Program-made: the position numbers and the translations under genes
Virus record (IMG/VR): IMGVR_UViG_3300003321_000691
Coordinates: 43,905 to 107,904 of that record
Source of the DNA: a virus
Reading direction: 5' to 3' (one strand)
DNA length: 64,000 nucleotides
Notes under the pieces: model-generated
The model's input: the letters and a program-made list of their open reading frames with translations, nothing else
Databases searched by the model: none
What the model was told of the DNA's origin: nothing
Shown here: positions 36,630 to 48,470 of the stretch, piece after piece
How positions within the stretch are numbered: the stretch's first letter is position 1
How the letters are laid out: every line of letters begins with the position of its first letter

Positions 36630-36854
36630 ATGACCCCGACGATGGAAGCGCTTGCGGTGTTTGCTAAGAAGCACCCGTCCCCGTTCGCCAAAGTCGAGCC
36701 CCCGATGGACAGTGCCGGCGTGACGATGACCGAGGCCTACCGCACTGGGTACTGCCGCTTCGGTCACGGCGACGGCTGGTTGACACTCGGTCGCCCGTAC
36801 AAGGGCGCTGGAACGGAGTGGCACTACTTCTGCGCCACGTGCGCGAGCACGTGA
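36630..36854 (+). CDS. hypothetical protein
   Basis: first ORF after the rightward promoter; purine-rich RBS. Confidence 0.5.
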   Translation: MTPTMEALAVFAKKHPSPFAKVEPPMDSAGVTMTEAYRTGYCRFGHGDGWLTLGRPYKGAGTEWHYFCATCAST

Positions 36855-36865
36855 GGAGGACTCAG

Positions 36866-37171
36866 ATGGGCAAGTACGGCAAGATCACGCTCGGCTCCCT
36901 GGAGGCGCTCGACAACTCCGGCATCGAAGGCTGCGCTACGATGCTCTCCGAGCTGTGCGCGTCCGCGTTCGAGCTAGTCGCTGACCCGAAGGACTGGAAG
37001 GCCCCCATCAACAAGATCGTCCGTTTCGACGCTATCGAATACACCCCCGACGCGCTCGCCTACGCGGTCAAGTACATGACCGCCACGGAAGTGACGATGA
37101 CCCCGGTCTCCAATCACGAGACCCGCGTGACCTCGGTCGGCTACCGGATGGGCCCGGCTGGGGATCACTGA
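36866..37171 (+). CDS. hypothetical protein
   Basis: GAGGAGG RBS; phage-like codon use. Confidence 0.65.
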   Translation: MGKYGKITLGSLEALDNSGIEGCATMLSELCASAFELVADPKDWKAPINKIVRFDAIEYTPDALAYAVKYMTATEVTMTPVSNHETRVTSVGYRMGPAGDH

Positions 37172-37181
37172 TGATTTCCCC

Positions 37182-37210
37182 TTGCGCACGGCCCGCACCG
37201 TGCCTACTGT
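37182..37210 (+). promoter_or_regulatory. sigma70-like early promoter
   Basis: CCC-TTGCGC-N17-TACTGT, same family as the 36.5 and 44.2 kb copies. Confidence 0.6.
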
Positions 37211-37223
37211 GTCTGTGGAGGAC

Positions 37224-38942
37224 ATGATGGACCCGACGCTTCTGGAACTAGACCTCGACAAGCCGGCCGGCAAGGCTCCGGCCGCGATCAAGATCCCGGT
37301 GCCCTCGGCGCCCGAGCTTGACCTCGTCGACGACCCCAAAAACCTCGTCTGCCTCGACTGCGGCGCCAAGGGCCCGGTGAACGACGGCAGCCTGTGCGAG
37401 GCCTGCTACAACAAGGCCAACGCTCCCGCGGAGGTCGCCGAGGCGGCCTCGGACTTCGCCGACATCGCCGCGAATGCCGCGGAAAACGCAGCCATCACGG
37501 GCATCGCGAATCTCGGCGCGAACGGCCTGGCGAATCTCGGCGTCGGCTTCAACAACGCAGACGGCTACATCGAGATGCTGCGCCGTGGTGCCGCGGACGC
37601 GACCGTCGCGGAGTACACCCGGACGCTGCGCGACCGCTACGGCTACGACGTCAACGTCGCGGTCGATAACGGACGCTACACCATCACGCTGACCAAAGAC
37701 GGCAAGTCCGAGACCATCTCCAACACCTTCATGACGGTGATCGCCGGTAACGGCGGTTACGAGGGCCCGGAAAGCCACGTCAACGATGACGCCATCGCCC
37801 TCCTGAAGGCCAAGACTGCGGCGGCCAAGGCTGCCAAGGCCAAGGCGGACGCCAACGCCCACAACGGCCTGGTCATGGCTCCGGCGGAGGCCGCTCCCGC
37901 GGTCCGAGCGCTGCGCCACGGCGACCTCGTCGCGGGTGGTGTCGCCGAAGGTAACGGCATCCTGACCCACTGGACCGGCCAGAAGCCTCTAACGCTCGCG
38001 ACACTCAACGAGTACTGCGACGCGGCCGAGATCCCGACCAAGTTCCGCCCCAAGGCGAAGAAGTTCGAGACCCAGGCGAACCTGGCCGTCAAGGAAGTCG
38101 GCACGGAGCTGGGACTCGATGTCCGCCGCGAGAAGAAAAAGGACCTCGTCAAGGGTGACGTGGCGTACGACCGCCGCTGGTTCCTCTCGGAGCCGAACCT
38201 CGAAGCGGGCGCGGGCGACGCGTCCGGCAAGGTGGTCCTGGTCGTCACGCTCGACGATGACACCCTGAAGTTCGACGTCGAGAGCGACGCGGCGGTCAAG
38301 ATCGCCGAGAAGTTCACGGACCTCTGCGGGCGCGAAGTGCTCCAGGCTGGTCACATCACGACCTGGCTCGGCGCGGTCATCCGCGACTGCCTCGGCGGTG
38401 TGAAGTACGGCGGTAGCTGGTACATCCCGCGCCACACCCGCGCGGCCGGTCAGAAGATCATCGCGGCGTTCGCGCCCAAGTGGGGCACGGAGTGGATGAA
38501 TCCCCCGCTCCCGATCGCGACCTCGGCCGAGCTGGCCGCGGGTATCGCGGCGGGCCTCGCGGCGGAAGTCGACGAGACCTTGACCGAGCTGGCCGCGGCG
38601 GCCAAGAGCTGCAAGGACGGCAAGGTCGGCGAGAAGGCGGCCGTGACCTACCTCGGCAAGTTCAAGGCTCACGGCGAGCGTGTGCTTGCCTACGCCCAGT
38701 TGCTCGGTGACGCGTTCGTCGCGACCAGCAAGCAGAAGGTCAAGGACGCGGTTGCCAAGCTCGAAGGCTCGCTCGACGGCGCCAGCATCCGCTACGCCCT
38801 CGCGATGGAGGAGGCCGAGAAGGACCTGCTCCGCGACCAGGAGAAGATTGCCGCGGACCTCGCGGCGCTCGATGCGGAACCCGGCGCCATCGAGGCGCGG
38901 TTCGAGAACCTCGACATCGCGACGGAGAGCGCCGATGCCTGA
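37224..38942 (+). CDS. large early protein (C-half DUF6744-like)
   Basis: GGAGG RBS; strong codon bias; GG.WYIP motif. Confidence 0.7.
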   Translation: MMDPTLLELDLDKPAGKAPAAIKIPVPSAPELDLVDDPKNLVCLDCGAKGPVNDGSLCEACYNKANAPAEVAEAASDFADIAANAAENAAITGIANLGANGLANLGVGFNNADGYIEMLRRGAADATVAEYTRTLRDRYGYDVNVAVDNGRYTITLTKDGKSETISNTFMTVIAGNGGYEGPESHVNDDAIALLKAKTAAAKAAKAKADANAHNGLVMAPAEAAPAVRALRHGDLVAGGVAEGNGILTHWTGQKPLTLATLNEYCDAAEIPTKFRPKAKKFETQANLAVKEVGTELGLDVRREKKKDLVKGDVAYDRRWFLSEPNLEAGAGDASGKVVLVVTLDDDTLKFDVESDAAVKIAEKFTDLCGREVLQAGHITTWLGAVIRDCLGGVKYGGSWYIPRHTRAAGQKIIAAFAPKWGTEWMNPPLPIATSAELAAGIAAGLAAEVDETLTELAAAAKSCKDGKVGEKAAVTYLGKFKAHGERVLAYAQLLGDAFVATSKQKVKDAVAKLEGSLDGASIRYALAMEEAEKDLLRDQEKIAADLAALDAEPGAIEARFENLDIATESADA

Positions 38943-39101
38943 TACTAGGACTGAGTCCCAACGGGCCTACGAGGCTCGTCAGGCTCTGCGTAAGGCGGCC
39001 ACGGATTACGCCGCGTCCATCCTGCTCGGCGACGCGTCCGTCACCGCGGCGGCGTTCGAGAGACTCGAAAATGTGGCCGAAGGCTACAAGAAGGAGAAAA
39101 A

Positions 39102-42100
39102 GTGAGCGCCAAAGCCGACTACGAGCGTTTTCTCGCCGATGTCGAGACGATCATCCAGTCCGTGCACGACATCAATGTCGCCGGCATTGCGTCCGGCATC
39201 TGCGACGACCTCACCAAGATCGCGACCCAGCTCGTGCTCCTGAAGTCCAAGGCGCGGTTCGTGGGCAGCCACGCTCACGCCGCTGAAACCCAAAACGAAA
39301 GTAACGAAACGTGAATCACCCCGACGACAAAGAGTTCATGCTCAACCCGCGGAAGTGGCCGAACTGGCCCTACCAAACCATCAAGAACAACCACAACCGC
39401 AAGCCTGGCGCGTTCCCGCGCTGTGGCCTGCTCGTCGAGTTCTCGGGTCCGTCCGAGGACATCGCGAATGCGGACATCCGCTTCGTCGAGGCCAACCTCT
39501 ACTCGGTGACGATGGAGGACCTCGCGAAGGCCGAGAAGATCAGCATCGACAAGCTGCTCGCGGACGGGTGGGTGGTGGACTGATGCGCACGTCGTACGAC
39601 CCCAAGCGTTATCGCATCGCCCCGTGGCGTGGGCGGTACGGAGACCAGACACACGCCCTTCGACTGCACCCGCACGTCGATGACATCCGCCGTCAGATTG
39701 TGGCAAAGAAGAAACAGATCGTTCGTCTCGACGAGCAAATCCATCAACTGGAGCAGCTTGAACGGAGGGCGGCTGGCATCGTCATCGACGGAGTGCTCGT
39801 TCGGGAGCCCAACGGGCCTCCGGGTAGCAAGTGGTACGCCATCACTCTTGTTGATGACCACGTGCACCGGTCCGCCAAGATCTATCCGAACGCCCATAAC
39901 GGCGGGAAGACGTTCGGATACCACATCTACATGGACAGGTACCCGTTCCACAGGCACGAGTGGCGCGGGACCGGGCACACCTACGAGCAAGCCGTCGAGG
40001 GCGCTCGGGCGTGGGTGCTCCGTGCCGAACGGCAGCCGTTCAGGGCCGAGCGCCTAGACGGTACGATCCGCGAGGAGTTTGCTCGATGAAACACGAAGCC
40101 GAAATCCACGCAGTACTAGCCCGCGCCGCGCTCACCCGCGCTGTGCGTGAGCTACAGGAAACCTTCACCCGCTGCACGCAAGGGATGGAGTGCGACCCCG
40201 AGATCGTGCTTCCGCACGGTCACACGCGGGCCGCGCTGGCGAGCGCGATGGATGCTCTTGACCAAGCCAATAGCGAGCTAGCCAAGCCCGACACCAAGCC
40301 CATCACCCGCACCGGCAAGCCCGACCGCCGCGCGCCGTACCCCGACCGTCAGAACCGGCCGAGGCAGCCCGCGATCGGCAACGCCGACGAGGCTAACGAA
40401 GTCTACCGGCGCATGTCGCCGCGCCAGCGCTACCTCGTCGGCACCGGCAATGTGAAGCACGTCGAGATCGCTCCGCTGTTTTCGGGCCGGTCAGAAGACG
40501 TGGTCTCGCGCGTCACAGAGAAGTGCAAGGGCTGGCTGGCCGCCGGGCCGAACCTGAAGACCGTCAAGACGGAGGTACCGTGAGTCGACTCTGGGAGGAA
40601 CCCATCGGCCGTCTGGAGCTGGAAACGCTCTGGGAAGAATCGCGCACCGAGACCGAGCACGGGCCCGACGCAACGGCCGGCGAGCGCCGGCATTGGGTCT
40701 GTAACCGCTTCCGGCAACTCCACCCCAACGTCGATGCCAAAGCCTTGTGGGCCTGGGTCGGCGACAACCTCGGCCGCCTGATCGAAGTCGAGCCCGCCGG
40801 CCGAGTCAACCGCCATGTGACCTGGGGCCGCCACAACCGGGCGCGGGGCCGGAGGTACGCACGATGAGACGCTATCACGTTCAGTACAGCGGCAAGAACA
40901 ACGGCGAAGCCGAATGGGACGTCCTCGACCGCATGCGGAAGCACCCCAATTGCGAGAACTGCCCCGGCGTCAGCGTCGCTACGCTGACCACCCGGGCGCT
41001 CGCGCGGGCGGTCTGCGCCGAGCGCAACGCCGAGTGGGCGGACGAGCAGGAGCAGGCCCTACAGCGCGAGATCGATGAGCAGCACTACAACGGTTGTGGG
41101 GATCCGAAGTAATGCGCACATTGAGAGACAACATGAAGACCTGGCCTCAGATTCTCATCGAGTATGGGAAACACGACAACGAGTTCTGGTACATCGCCGA
41201 CGAGGCGGCTCTACATCGGGCTGCGATCAAGATCGTCGCGGCACGCGTCAAGTGTGGCTACATCCGGCCACCGGGCGATGGCCCGGAAGGCCTCCAGGAG
41301 GAGGTGCCGGCAGAGATGCTCGCGCGGTTGCCGAAGGCGATGCAGGAGCAAGCGAAGCGCACTAAGGAACGCAATGCCTACGCCCGCCGCGAGTACGCGA
41401 CCGCCGTCAAACTGTGGGTGCTGGCGCAGAGGGCGCAAGACGGCGACGGCGCGGCGGCCTGGGAGCTGCTCCGCGAGCGTCGTGACCACGAGTATGAGCG
41501 TGTCGAGTTGGTTACACCGGAGGTCCCGTGAAGGCGACGCGGCGGAAGTCTCCGGCCGAGCGCGCCCGCAAGGCCGCCGCTACGAAGCGTAAGGCGAAGG
41601 CCACACCGAGCGAGCGCGATCTCCTGCTAGCTGCCATTGCCCAACACCCGGAAGACTTTCAGCTTGTCCTCGGGCCAGTGCATTGGGGTCCGCAGCGCAC
41701 GCGTAGCGGCGGCCACCTCGCCGAGATCCCAGAGCCCCGCGTGCGCCTGCACGATGTGCCGGGCTACCAGCGCGAGGTATCCATCCATGTCACTCGCTAC
41801 ATCGCCGGTCGACACTACTGGGTCGACATCCGCGAGGAGGGTAACCCGATCTGGGACGCCAAAGAGCAGACTTGGGCCAAGGCGTGGGACGACCGCAACG
41901 GCGACGGACGCAGCTGGGGCGAGAAGTTCAACAAGCCGGAGTCCGCCGAGGACTTCATCCAGCTCGTGCTCAAGGACCACTTCACAGGCACCGTCTACCG
42001 CGTGACGCGCGACTACGAGACCGTCACGTATGGACGGGAGGGCGACTAAATGCAGAAGCTCACCAAACATGGCGTCCGCGACCTCAATGGCAAGCTCAAG

Positions 42101-42304
42101 GCCGTGACGCCCGCGCCACCAGCAAGCCCGATGGCCGCGCTCAAGCCGGCCGTCGACGAACTGCGCAAGCGACTGCGTGATACCGCCGAGGCTGCGTTCT
42201 TTGCCGGCCTAGACTACGCACGCCAGCACCACATCACCGATGCTCCGGGCGATGACGCAGGACAAGCGTTCGATGCCTGGTGCGAAGAGAAAGGGCTCCG
42301 ATGA
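39102..42304 (+). other. run of coupled small hypothetical ORFs (39102-39314, 39311-39583, 39583-40089, 40086-40583, 40580-40867, 40864-41112, 41112-41531, 41528-42049, 42050-42304)
   Basis: consecutive ATGA/GTGA/TGATG overlaps. Confidence 0.65.
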
Positions 42305-42948
42305 GCGACCGATTCCTCAGTACTCTGCATGTTCTCGGTCCAGTCGTTCTGCCAACCTGGGGCAACATACGCATCATGATGATGCCGTTCCACACGGACG
42401 ACGTCTACGGCTCTCTGCCGAGTGACCTTCGTCGTTGGGCGAAGACTATCCAACAGATGGTTGCGGGCGCGCCGGCCGGTGTTGGCTATCTCACTATCGA
42501 TGAGGCGCCCGTCCGCAAGGGCGAGACGCACCGACGTCCAGGTCTGCATGTCGACGGCATCGGCCCGGACGGTAAGGCTGGCGGATGGGGCGGAGGCGGC
42601 GGCTACGGCGCGAACGGGATGACGATGGTCTCCAGTCACATCGGCTGCCGCGCGTACGCGCAAACGTTCGATGGTGCGCCTGGTCCCGATGGCGACTGCG
42701 CCCACCTCGCCTCGCAGTGTGACAAGCACCGCGCGGTCGATCTCAAGCCTGAAATGATCTACTTGTGCTCGCCACTGACCGTACATGAGGCACTACCGAT
42801 GAGCGAGGATACGTGGCGCCAGTTCTGTCGCGTGTCATTCCCGTCGGACTCGCCTTGGTACGAGGGCTACACTGAGAACCCGCTCGGCATCAAGCCGACC
42901 GGGCCGATTCACCCGCGCCGTAGCGCGGAGATGGAGTACCGCCCGTGA
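42301..42948 (+). CDS. 2OG-Fe(II) dioxygenase-like protein
   Basis: HRRPGLHVDG (HxD), distal VHEA and RQFCR. Confidence 0.65.
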   Translation: MSDRFLSTLHVLGPVVLPTWGNIRIMMMPFHTDDVYGSLPSDLRRWAKTIQQMVAGAPAGVGYLTIDEAPVRKGETHRRPGLHVDGIGPDGKAGGWGGGGGYGANGMTMVSSHIGCRAYAQTFDGAPGPDGDCAHLASQCDKHRAVDLKPEMIYLCSPLTVHEALPMSEDTWRQFCRVSFPSDSPWYEGYTENPLGIKPTGPIHPRRSAEMEYRP

Positions 42949-43316
42949 AGCGACGCCCCGACCACACCCCAGACAACCCGGACGTGTTCGTGTTCGGCTC
43001 GAACGAGCTAGGCATTCACGGCGCCGGTGCGGCACGCTACGCCAGAATCCAGCTCGGCGCCAAACAACGCGTCGGCCTAGCCAAGAACGAGCGCTCGTAC
43101 GCGCTACCGACATGCAGCGAGCCGGGCATCCCGTTGTCGCTCGCCCAAGTCGGGGTCTACGTTGGCCTGTTCATCGTCTGCGCGAAGGCTCGCCCTGACC
43201 TGCGGTTCTACGTCTCGCCGGTCGGGTGCGGCCTCGCTGGCTACACCGAGGACGAGATCGCGCCGCTGTTCAAGGACGCGCCCGAGAACTGCGAATTGCC
43301 GGAGGGCTGGCGATGA
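42945..43316 (+). CDS. A1S_2505-like (macrodomain-like) phage protein
   Basis: VFVFGSNELGIHGAGAA, SYALPT, VGCGLAGY..IAPLF. Confidence 0.75.
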   Translation: MKRRPDHTPDNPDVFVFGSNELGIHGAGAARYARIQLGAKQRVGLAKNERSYALPTCSEPGIPLSLAQVGVYVGLFIVCAKARPDLRFYVSPVGCGLAGYTEDEIAPLFKDAPENCELPEGWR

Positions 43317-43805
43317 TTGCCTGGACGCTAACGACCAACTACGGCGGCCCCAAGTTGAAACGTTTCGACGCACGGGTCGGCCACCTTCATGTTGGTTGTG
43401 AAGACAACGGCGAAGGCTGGTTCAACTGGTGGGTTGCGACCGCGGAACAAGGCGTGGCACCGGGTGAGTGGATGTGCCTGAAGACGGGCGGCGCGAAGTC
43501 CGAAGACGAAGCAAAGCTCCAGATACACTCTGCTGTCATCGAGATCGTCATGCGAATGCTGGAGGGGCTGTGACTTACGTCGCCATCGTTCGCCGGCCCG
43601 ACCGCACGATGCTGACCGTCATCCGGTCCAGCGACAAGCGCAAGCTGCTTGACTACGTCACAAAACGCTGTCTGGGCGGAGCGGTGCGCAGCGAGCGCGG
43701 CAAGCACATCGTCCGGGCATGGCTAGAGACGCCCGACTACCAAGCCACGTGCGTGTACGGTGTCAATGGACGCTACGTGGAGTTGTTCGATACAGTGGAG
43801 CTGCC

Positions 43806-44129
43806 ATGACCAAGCTGTTAGACGTCCCCGCTGCTGCCAAGAAGATCGGCATCGCGCCATCCACCGTTCGCGGCATGATCGCTCGCGGCGAGCTGCCACA
43901 CACCAAGGACGCTTCCGGGCGTGTATGGCTCGAAGCTGCTGACGTCGCGGCAACCCCGCGGCGCTCGCGCGGGCGCCAGCCCCAGGACCCCAAGAACCTG
44001 ATCGGGCGTCTGTACAAGAGCCAGGTCGCCAAGCTAGGGTCCATCCAGGAAGTCGCCGACAAGTACCAATTGACGCACCAGGCCGTCAGCGATGCCATTG
44101 CGCGTTATGAGGCGGCCTCGCGGCGTTAG
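43806..44129 (+). CDS. excisionase-like HTH DNA-binding protein
   Basis: LLDVPAAAKKIGIAPSTVRGMIARGELP; second HTH-like segment at C-terminus. Confidence 0.7.
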   Translation: MTKLLDVPAAAKKIGIAPSTVRGMIARGELPHTKDASGRVWLEAADVAATPRRSRGRQPQDPKNLIGRLYKSQVAKLGSIQEVADKYQLTHQAVSDAIARYEAASRR

Positions 44130-44202
44130 CTCCCGCACACGCCATGTGGGATAGCCCGGCGCGTCAACGCTAAGTTGGCGTACCCGGGCTGTTTTTTTCC
44201 CC

Positions 44203-44231
44203 TTGCGGAGGGGACCGGGGCTGCTTACGTT
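44203..44231 (+). promoter_or_regulatory. sigma70-like early promoter
   Basis: TTTTTTTCCCC-TTGCGG-N17-TACGTT. Confidence 0.6.
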
Positions 44232-44253
44232 GTTGGTGTAGGAAGGAAGCGCG

Positions 44254-45168
44254 ATGAAAACCCTGGTCACCGAACTTGCTGTTTTCGCTCCTGGCCACGG
44301 CCCGGCGTACGGCTGCGGCGGCTCCCGGTACTACTGGCACTTCGACACGGAGTACCCGTGCGGCGGTTGCCACGCGTGCGTCCCGGAGGGCAAGGCGGCC
44401 TACTTCGTCGGCTTGTTCATCTACCGCGCCGCGCACTTCGCGGCGGTCTCCGCTTCCGCCAGCGCCTACGGCGCGCTCGCGGCGGTCGGTAAGGCGGTCG
44501 CTGCGGCGGCTGCTCCCGGTGCCGGCGTCGGCGCGTTCGTCACTGGTGCCATCGCGGTCTGGAACGAGCACACGAAGGGCGCGTGGTACGAAGTGACTGG
44601 CAAGCGCGGCACCGCCAAAGCCCACTTCGGCAAGGTCGGTGAGTGCGTCTGGGTCGGCGAACGCGGCTTCACCAAGTACGGCCACACCAGCTACTCCGTC
44701 CGGGTCGGCATCAAGCCGCTCGGCGCCAGCGAGGCCCTGTTCGTCCCCGCTTCCTGCGTGACTCGTGTGCTCCCGCCAGCTGAGGCTCTCCCCGCCATCG
44801 CGGCGAAGGAGGCGGCCGTCGCGGAAAAGGCGGCCCGCACGCCCCTCGCGGCCGGCAAGGGTTCGATCGTCACCGTCGCATTCGGCCCGTGCGCGGGCGC
44901 GATTGGTCGGGTGTTCTGGGTCGGCTCTGGCAAGGGCGGCCCGCGGTTCGGCCTCGACCCTGACCTCGACCGGAAGAAGGGCCGGTGCCCGTCTCCGCTC
45001 TGGGTAGACGCCCGGGACTGCGTCGCGTACGTCCCGCCGGTGTCTGCGGCCAAGGTCGCGTTCCCGCCGAAGACCGTCGCCGAGGCGGCTGCCCCGGTGC
45101 CTGCTCCGGTGACCGCCAAGAAGATGCCCAAAGTCGTGTTCGAGAAAGCGAAGGAGATTACACTGTGA
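44254..45168 (+). CDS. hypothetical protein
   Basis: 304-aa ORF after promoter, GGAAGG RBS. Confidence 0.65.
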   Translation: MKTLVTELAVFAPGHGPAYGCGGSRYYWHFDTEYPCGGCHACVPEGKAAYFVGLFIYRAAHFAAVSASASAYGALAAVGKAVAAAAAPGAGVGAFVTGAIAVWNEHTKGAWYEVTGKRGTAKAHFGKVGECVWVGERGFTKYGHTSYSVRVGIKPLGASEALFVPASCVTRVLPPAEALPAIAAKEAAVAEKAARTPLAAGKGSIVTVAFGPCAGAIGRVFWVGSGKGGPRFGLDPDLDRKKGRCPSPLWVDARDCVAYVPPVSAAKVAFPPKTVAEAAAPVPAPVTAKKMPKVVFEKAKEITL

Positions 45169-45647
45169 CCCCCATCTATGGCCACACCAGCGAAGCGACC
45201 GCGTACGAAGTCGCCGACTACCCCTACGGGTACAACCTGCGTTGCAAAATCCGGTACTGGATCGAGTTCAAGCCCAAGCACGGCTTCCGCTTCGTGTCCC
45301 AGACCCTGAACCCCAAGAACGGACGCTGGAACAAGCCAAAGCCCTCGATCTACATCGAGTTCGGCATGGCGATGTACCTTGACGCGGAGAACCACGTCCA
45401 GTTCCGCGGCATCGGGCAGTACTCCAGCGCGGAGGACATCCTCGCTTTCATCAAGGACTTCCCGGGCACGGACTTCAGCGTACTCACCAAGGTTATCCCG
45501 GCAAAGATCAAGTACGCGCAGATGCGACTCGAAGGCAAGGCCTTCATCACCATCAATGGCCAGCGCGTCCCGGACTCCGAGGCCGAGTTGACCCGGTTCA
45601 AGGCCGAGATCGCGCTGCTCGAAGAGGCCAAGGCGGTGCTCTCGTGA
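45165..45647 (+). CDS. hypothetical phage protein
   Basis: AAGGAG RBS; DYPYG..LRC..WNKPK.S.Y motif. Confidence 0.65.
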   Translation: MTPIYGHTSEATAYEVADYPYGYNLRCKIRYWIEFKPKHGFRFVSQTLNPKNGRWNKPKPSIYIEFGMAMYLDAENHVQFRGIGQYSSAEDILAFIKDFPGTDFSVLTKVIPAKIKYAQMRLEGKAFITINGQRVPDSEAELTRFKAEIALLEEAKAVLS

Positions 45648-46714
45648 AGCCCGAAGGCCCCGGTAGTCATCTCAACGGTTATCGCGTCGACCTCGCGGTG
45701 AAGCGTCCCGACGGCACATACGTCGTACTCGTGGATCGCGGCACCGCGCCCCCGAACCAGCACCCGTACGTCACCGCAATCTGGTACCCGGAATGTGGTG
45801 ACAGCTGGAACCTCGGGCACTACTTCACCACTCGCCGCGCCGCACTCATCGACTTTGGCAAACGGGAGGCCGCATGATTCGGTTCATCGTCGGCTACCTC
45901 ACTGTTCTGATCGCCATCTACGCTTGCCACGCTTCACCGCACGGTGTGCGATGTACCTGGCGCGAGCTGTGGCGACAGCTCTGCCACCGCAAGACACGAC
46001 TCCCGCGCGCCATCGTCCTCTGTCTCGCACTATGCACTGGCTGCGTAGGCTGGTCCCGACACGACACGGCCCGAGAGCTGGCGTTCACCGGCGAGATGGC
46101 GCTCGACACTGCCCAAAGTATCACCATCGGCGAGCAGTGCATGGAAGAGAACCCGATCGTGGGGATGTGCGGCCAGCGCCTGGCGTTCTACATGCCTGGG
46201 ATGGTCATTGTCCACGTGGTCACCTCCGCCCTGCTACCCCCAGACAAACGTCGGGCGTGGCAGTGGCTCACGCTTGGGGTCGAAGGCTCCACCGTGATGG
46301 CGAACGAGATGGGCGGGTGGGGTGTCGGCGGGAAGGGGAAGTTGTGAGCCAAGACACCGAGACTCTCGCCGAGGACCTCTACTGCGCCCTCAACGCGCAG
46401 CCACGGCCAAGCTGGAATCGTCTACGCCAGCGGGAGCGGCAACGCTATCTCGACGTCGCATTCGAGATCGTTGTGTCCAACGAGCCCCTCAAAATCTCAC
46501 TGCACCGGAGGCTACGCCGCCTGATCGCGGACCAGCGCCAGGGGCAGCTCCGCTTCATGCGGACGGGTGTGCGATGAAACTCCTCCGCAAGATCCTCTGC
46601 GCCGTGTTCGGCCACGACTACTGGCTGTGCGCCAGCCAGTGGCGATGTCACCGCTGTGACAAGTGGCAGTCCCACGAGGACTCCCTGGTCACGGTCCTGC
46701 GGAGGCACCTGTGA
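45644..46714 (+). other. four coupled small ORFs (45644-45877, 45874-46347, 46344-46577, 46574-46714)
   Basis: overlapping start/stop codons. Confidence 0.55.
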
Positions 46715-46771
46715 CGAATTCTGGAATTACTACCCGGCCGCGAGCGTAGTGGTCGGCAAGGAGAAACTGCG

Positions 46772-48316
46772 ATGGGTAACGAGAAACTTGCTCCGAACAT
46801 GAGCCCCGCCTCTGCGATGGCGGTGGCGACCTCTGGCGCCCCGACGCCCACGGAGCAACAGCTCCTCAGCGACTACCGGGTCCTGCTCACCAAGTACCGC
46901 AACGTCGAGCACGAGGCCATTCACTACCGCGTCATCGCCGAACAAGGCGACGCCATCCTCAAACGCCTGGAGAAGGCCGCGCACCTGCTTGGTGTCGTGG
47001 TCGCGGTTCGCGGCGAACGCATGACGATTGTCCAAGGCACTCAGGTCATGGACATTGGCTACCTCAAGGACGCCAAGGTCGGCGACACGGTCACGCTCCT
47101 GCCCGACAGTATGCAGGCCCTCACGATCGTCAAGGATGCCCCGCCGTCCGCCACGGTCGCGACCGCAGTCTCGACGGCCAAGGACGGCCGCGTCGAGGTC
47201 AACGCCGATGGCGTTGGCCGGCGCCTGGCCATCTGCCAGGTCCCGTGCGATGCGGGCGACCGCGTGCTCACCGACCTCTCGCTCTCGGTCGTGTTCGAGA
47301 ACCTCGGCAAGCCCAAGAGCCTGCTCACGTTCGAGAAGTCGACCGGCATCACCTGGGACGACATCGGCGGCCAGGAAGAGGCCAAGCGCGTCCTCCGCGA
47401 CGCGATCGAGACCCCAGTCAAGCACCGGGAGCTGTACACCAAGTACGGCCGCAAGCCGACCAAGGGTATCCTCTTGGACGGTCCTCCCGGCACCGGCAAG
47501 ACCCTCCTCGCCAAGGCGTCGGCCACGGCGCTCGCCCGCGTGCACGGTCACGAGATTTCCCCCGGCTTCATCTACGTCAAGGGGCCCTCGCTGCTCTCGA
47601 AGTGGGTCGGCGAATCGGAGGCCTCCGTCCGCGCCATCTTCGCCGCCGCTCGCGAGCACGCCAAGGAGCACGGCTACCAGGCTCTCGTCTTCATTGACGA
47701 GTGCGAGGCCGTGCTCGGCAAGCGCGGCAACGAGCGGTCGGGCATCCTGACCCAGACCATGGTCCCGCAGTTCCTCGCGGAGATGGACGGCCTGGACGAC
47801 AACGGCCCGCTCATCCTGCTCGCCACCAACCGCCCCGGCGATCTCGACCCCGCGATCGTTCGCGAGGGCCGCGTCGACCACAAGGTCAAAGTGGGTCGCC
47901 CAGACCGTGCCGCGGTCGAGCGCATCGCGCAGATCCACCTCAAGAACCGGCCGGCCGCGAGCGGCACGTCCGCGGAGGAGCTGGCCTCTGCCATCGCGGC
48001 GCTCGTCGCGACCGAATCGGTCTATACCGTACAGGTGGGCCAGCACGAGGTCCCGCTCCGGCTCTTGGCCTTCGCCTCCGGCGCCATGATCGCCGGCATC
48101 GTCGAGTCGGCCTCCGAAGCGGCGCTGCACCGCGACGTCGCCTCTGGCGGGTTCTCAGGGATCCGCATCGAGGACATCAAAGCGGGCGTCAAGCACGCCA
48201 TCGACAACCTCACCAACATCGACCCCACCGAGGCGGTGCTGGAGCTGCTGCGCAGCAACGAGGAGTTGTCGGCTGCCGCGAAGGAGACGCCTCCGAGTGT
48301 CAAACTGGTGAACTAA
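46772..48316 (+). CDS. AAA+ ATPase, ARC/Mpa/PAN-like
   Basis: N-terminal coiled coil and OB-like region; TWDDIGG, Walker A GPPGTGKT, pore loop KWVGE, Walker B FIDE, ATNR..LDPA..R.GR. Confidence 0.85.
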   Translation: MGNEKLAPNMSPASAMAVATSGAPTPTEQQLLSDYRVLLTKYRNVEHEAIHYRVIAEQGDAILKRLEKAAHLLGVVVAVRGERMTIVQGTQVMDIGYLKDAKVGDTVTLLPDSMQALTIVKDAPPSATVATAVSTAKDGRVEVNADGVGRRLAICQVPCDAGDRVLTDLSLSVVFENLGKPKSLLTFEKSTGITWDDIGGQEEAKRVLRDAIETPVKHRELYTKYGRKPTKGILLDGPPGTGKTLLAKASATALARVHGHEISPGFIYVKGPSLLSKWVGESEASVRAIFAAAREHAKEHGYQALVFIDECEAVLGKRGNERSGILTQTMVPQFLAEMDGLDDNGPLILLATNRPGDLDPAIVREGRVDHKVKVGRPDRAAVERIAQIHLKNRPAASGTSAEELASAIAALVATESVYTVQVGQHEVPLRLLAFASGAMIAGIVESASEAALHRDVASGGFSGIRIEDIKAGVKHAIDNLTNIDPTEAVLELLRSNEELSAAAKETPPSVKLVN

Positions 48317-48470
48317 CCATGAATGACCAACTCAAGAAGCTCATCGGCACGAGCGTCCTGCCCAAGGACCGCAAGCCGACCGAGGCGCACCTCCCGCCCG
48401 AGGAGGTCCAAGTCGACGACAAGGGCGAGCCCATCTACAAGCGCTGCCCCAACTGCGGTGGGTACCACGG

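Noticed and set aside
43806-44129. Excisionase implying an att site or prophage boundary
   Set aside because: No integrase, att repeat or host genes in the window; the HTH alone is insufficient.
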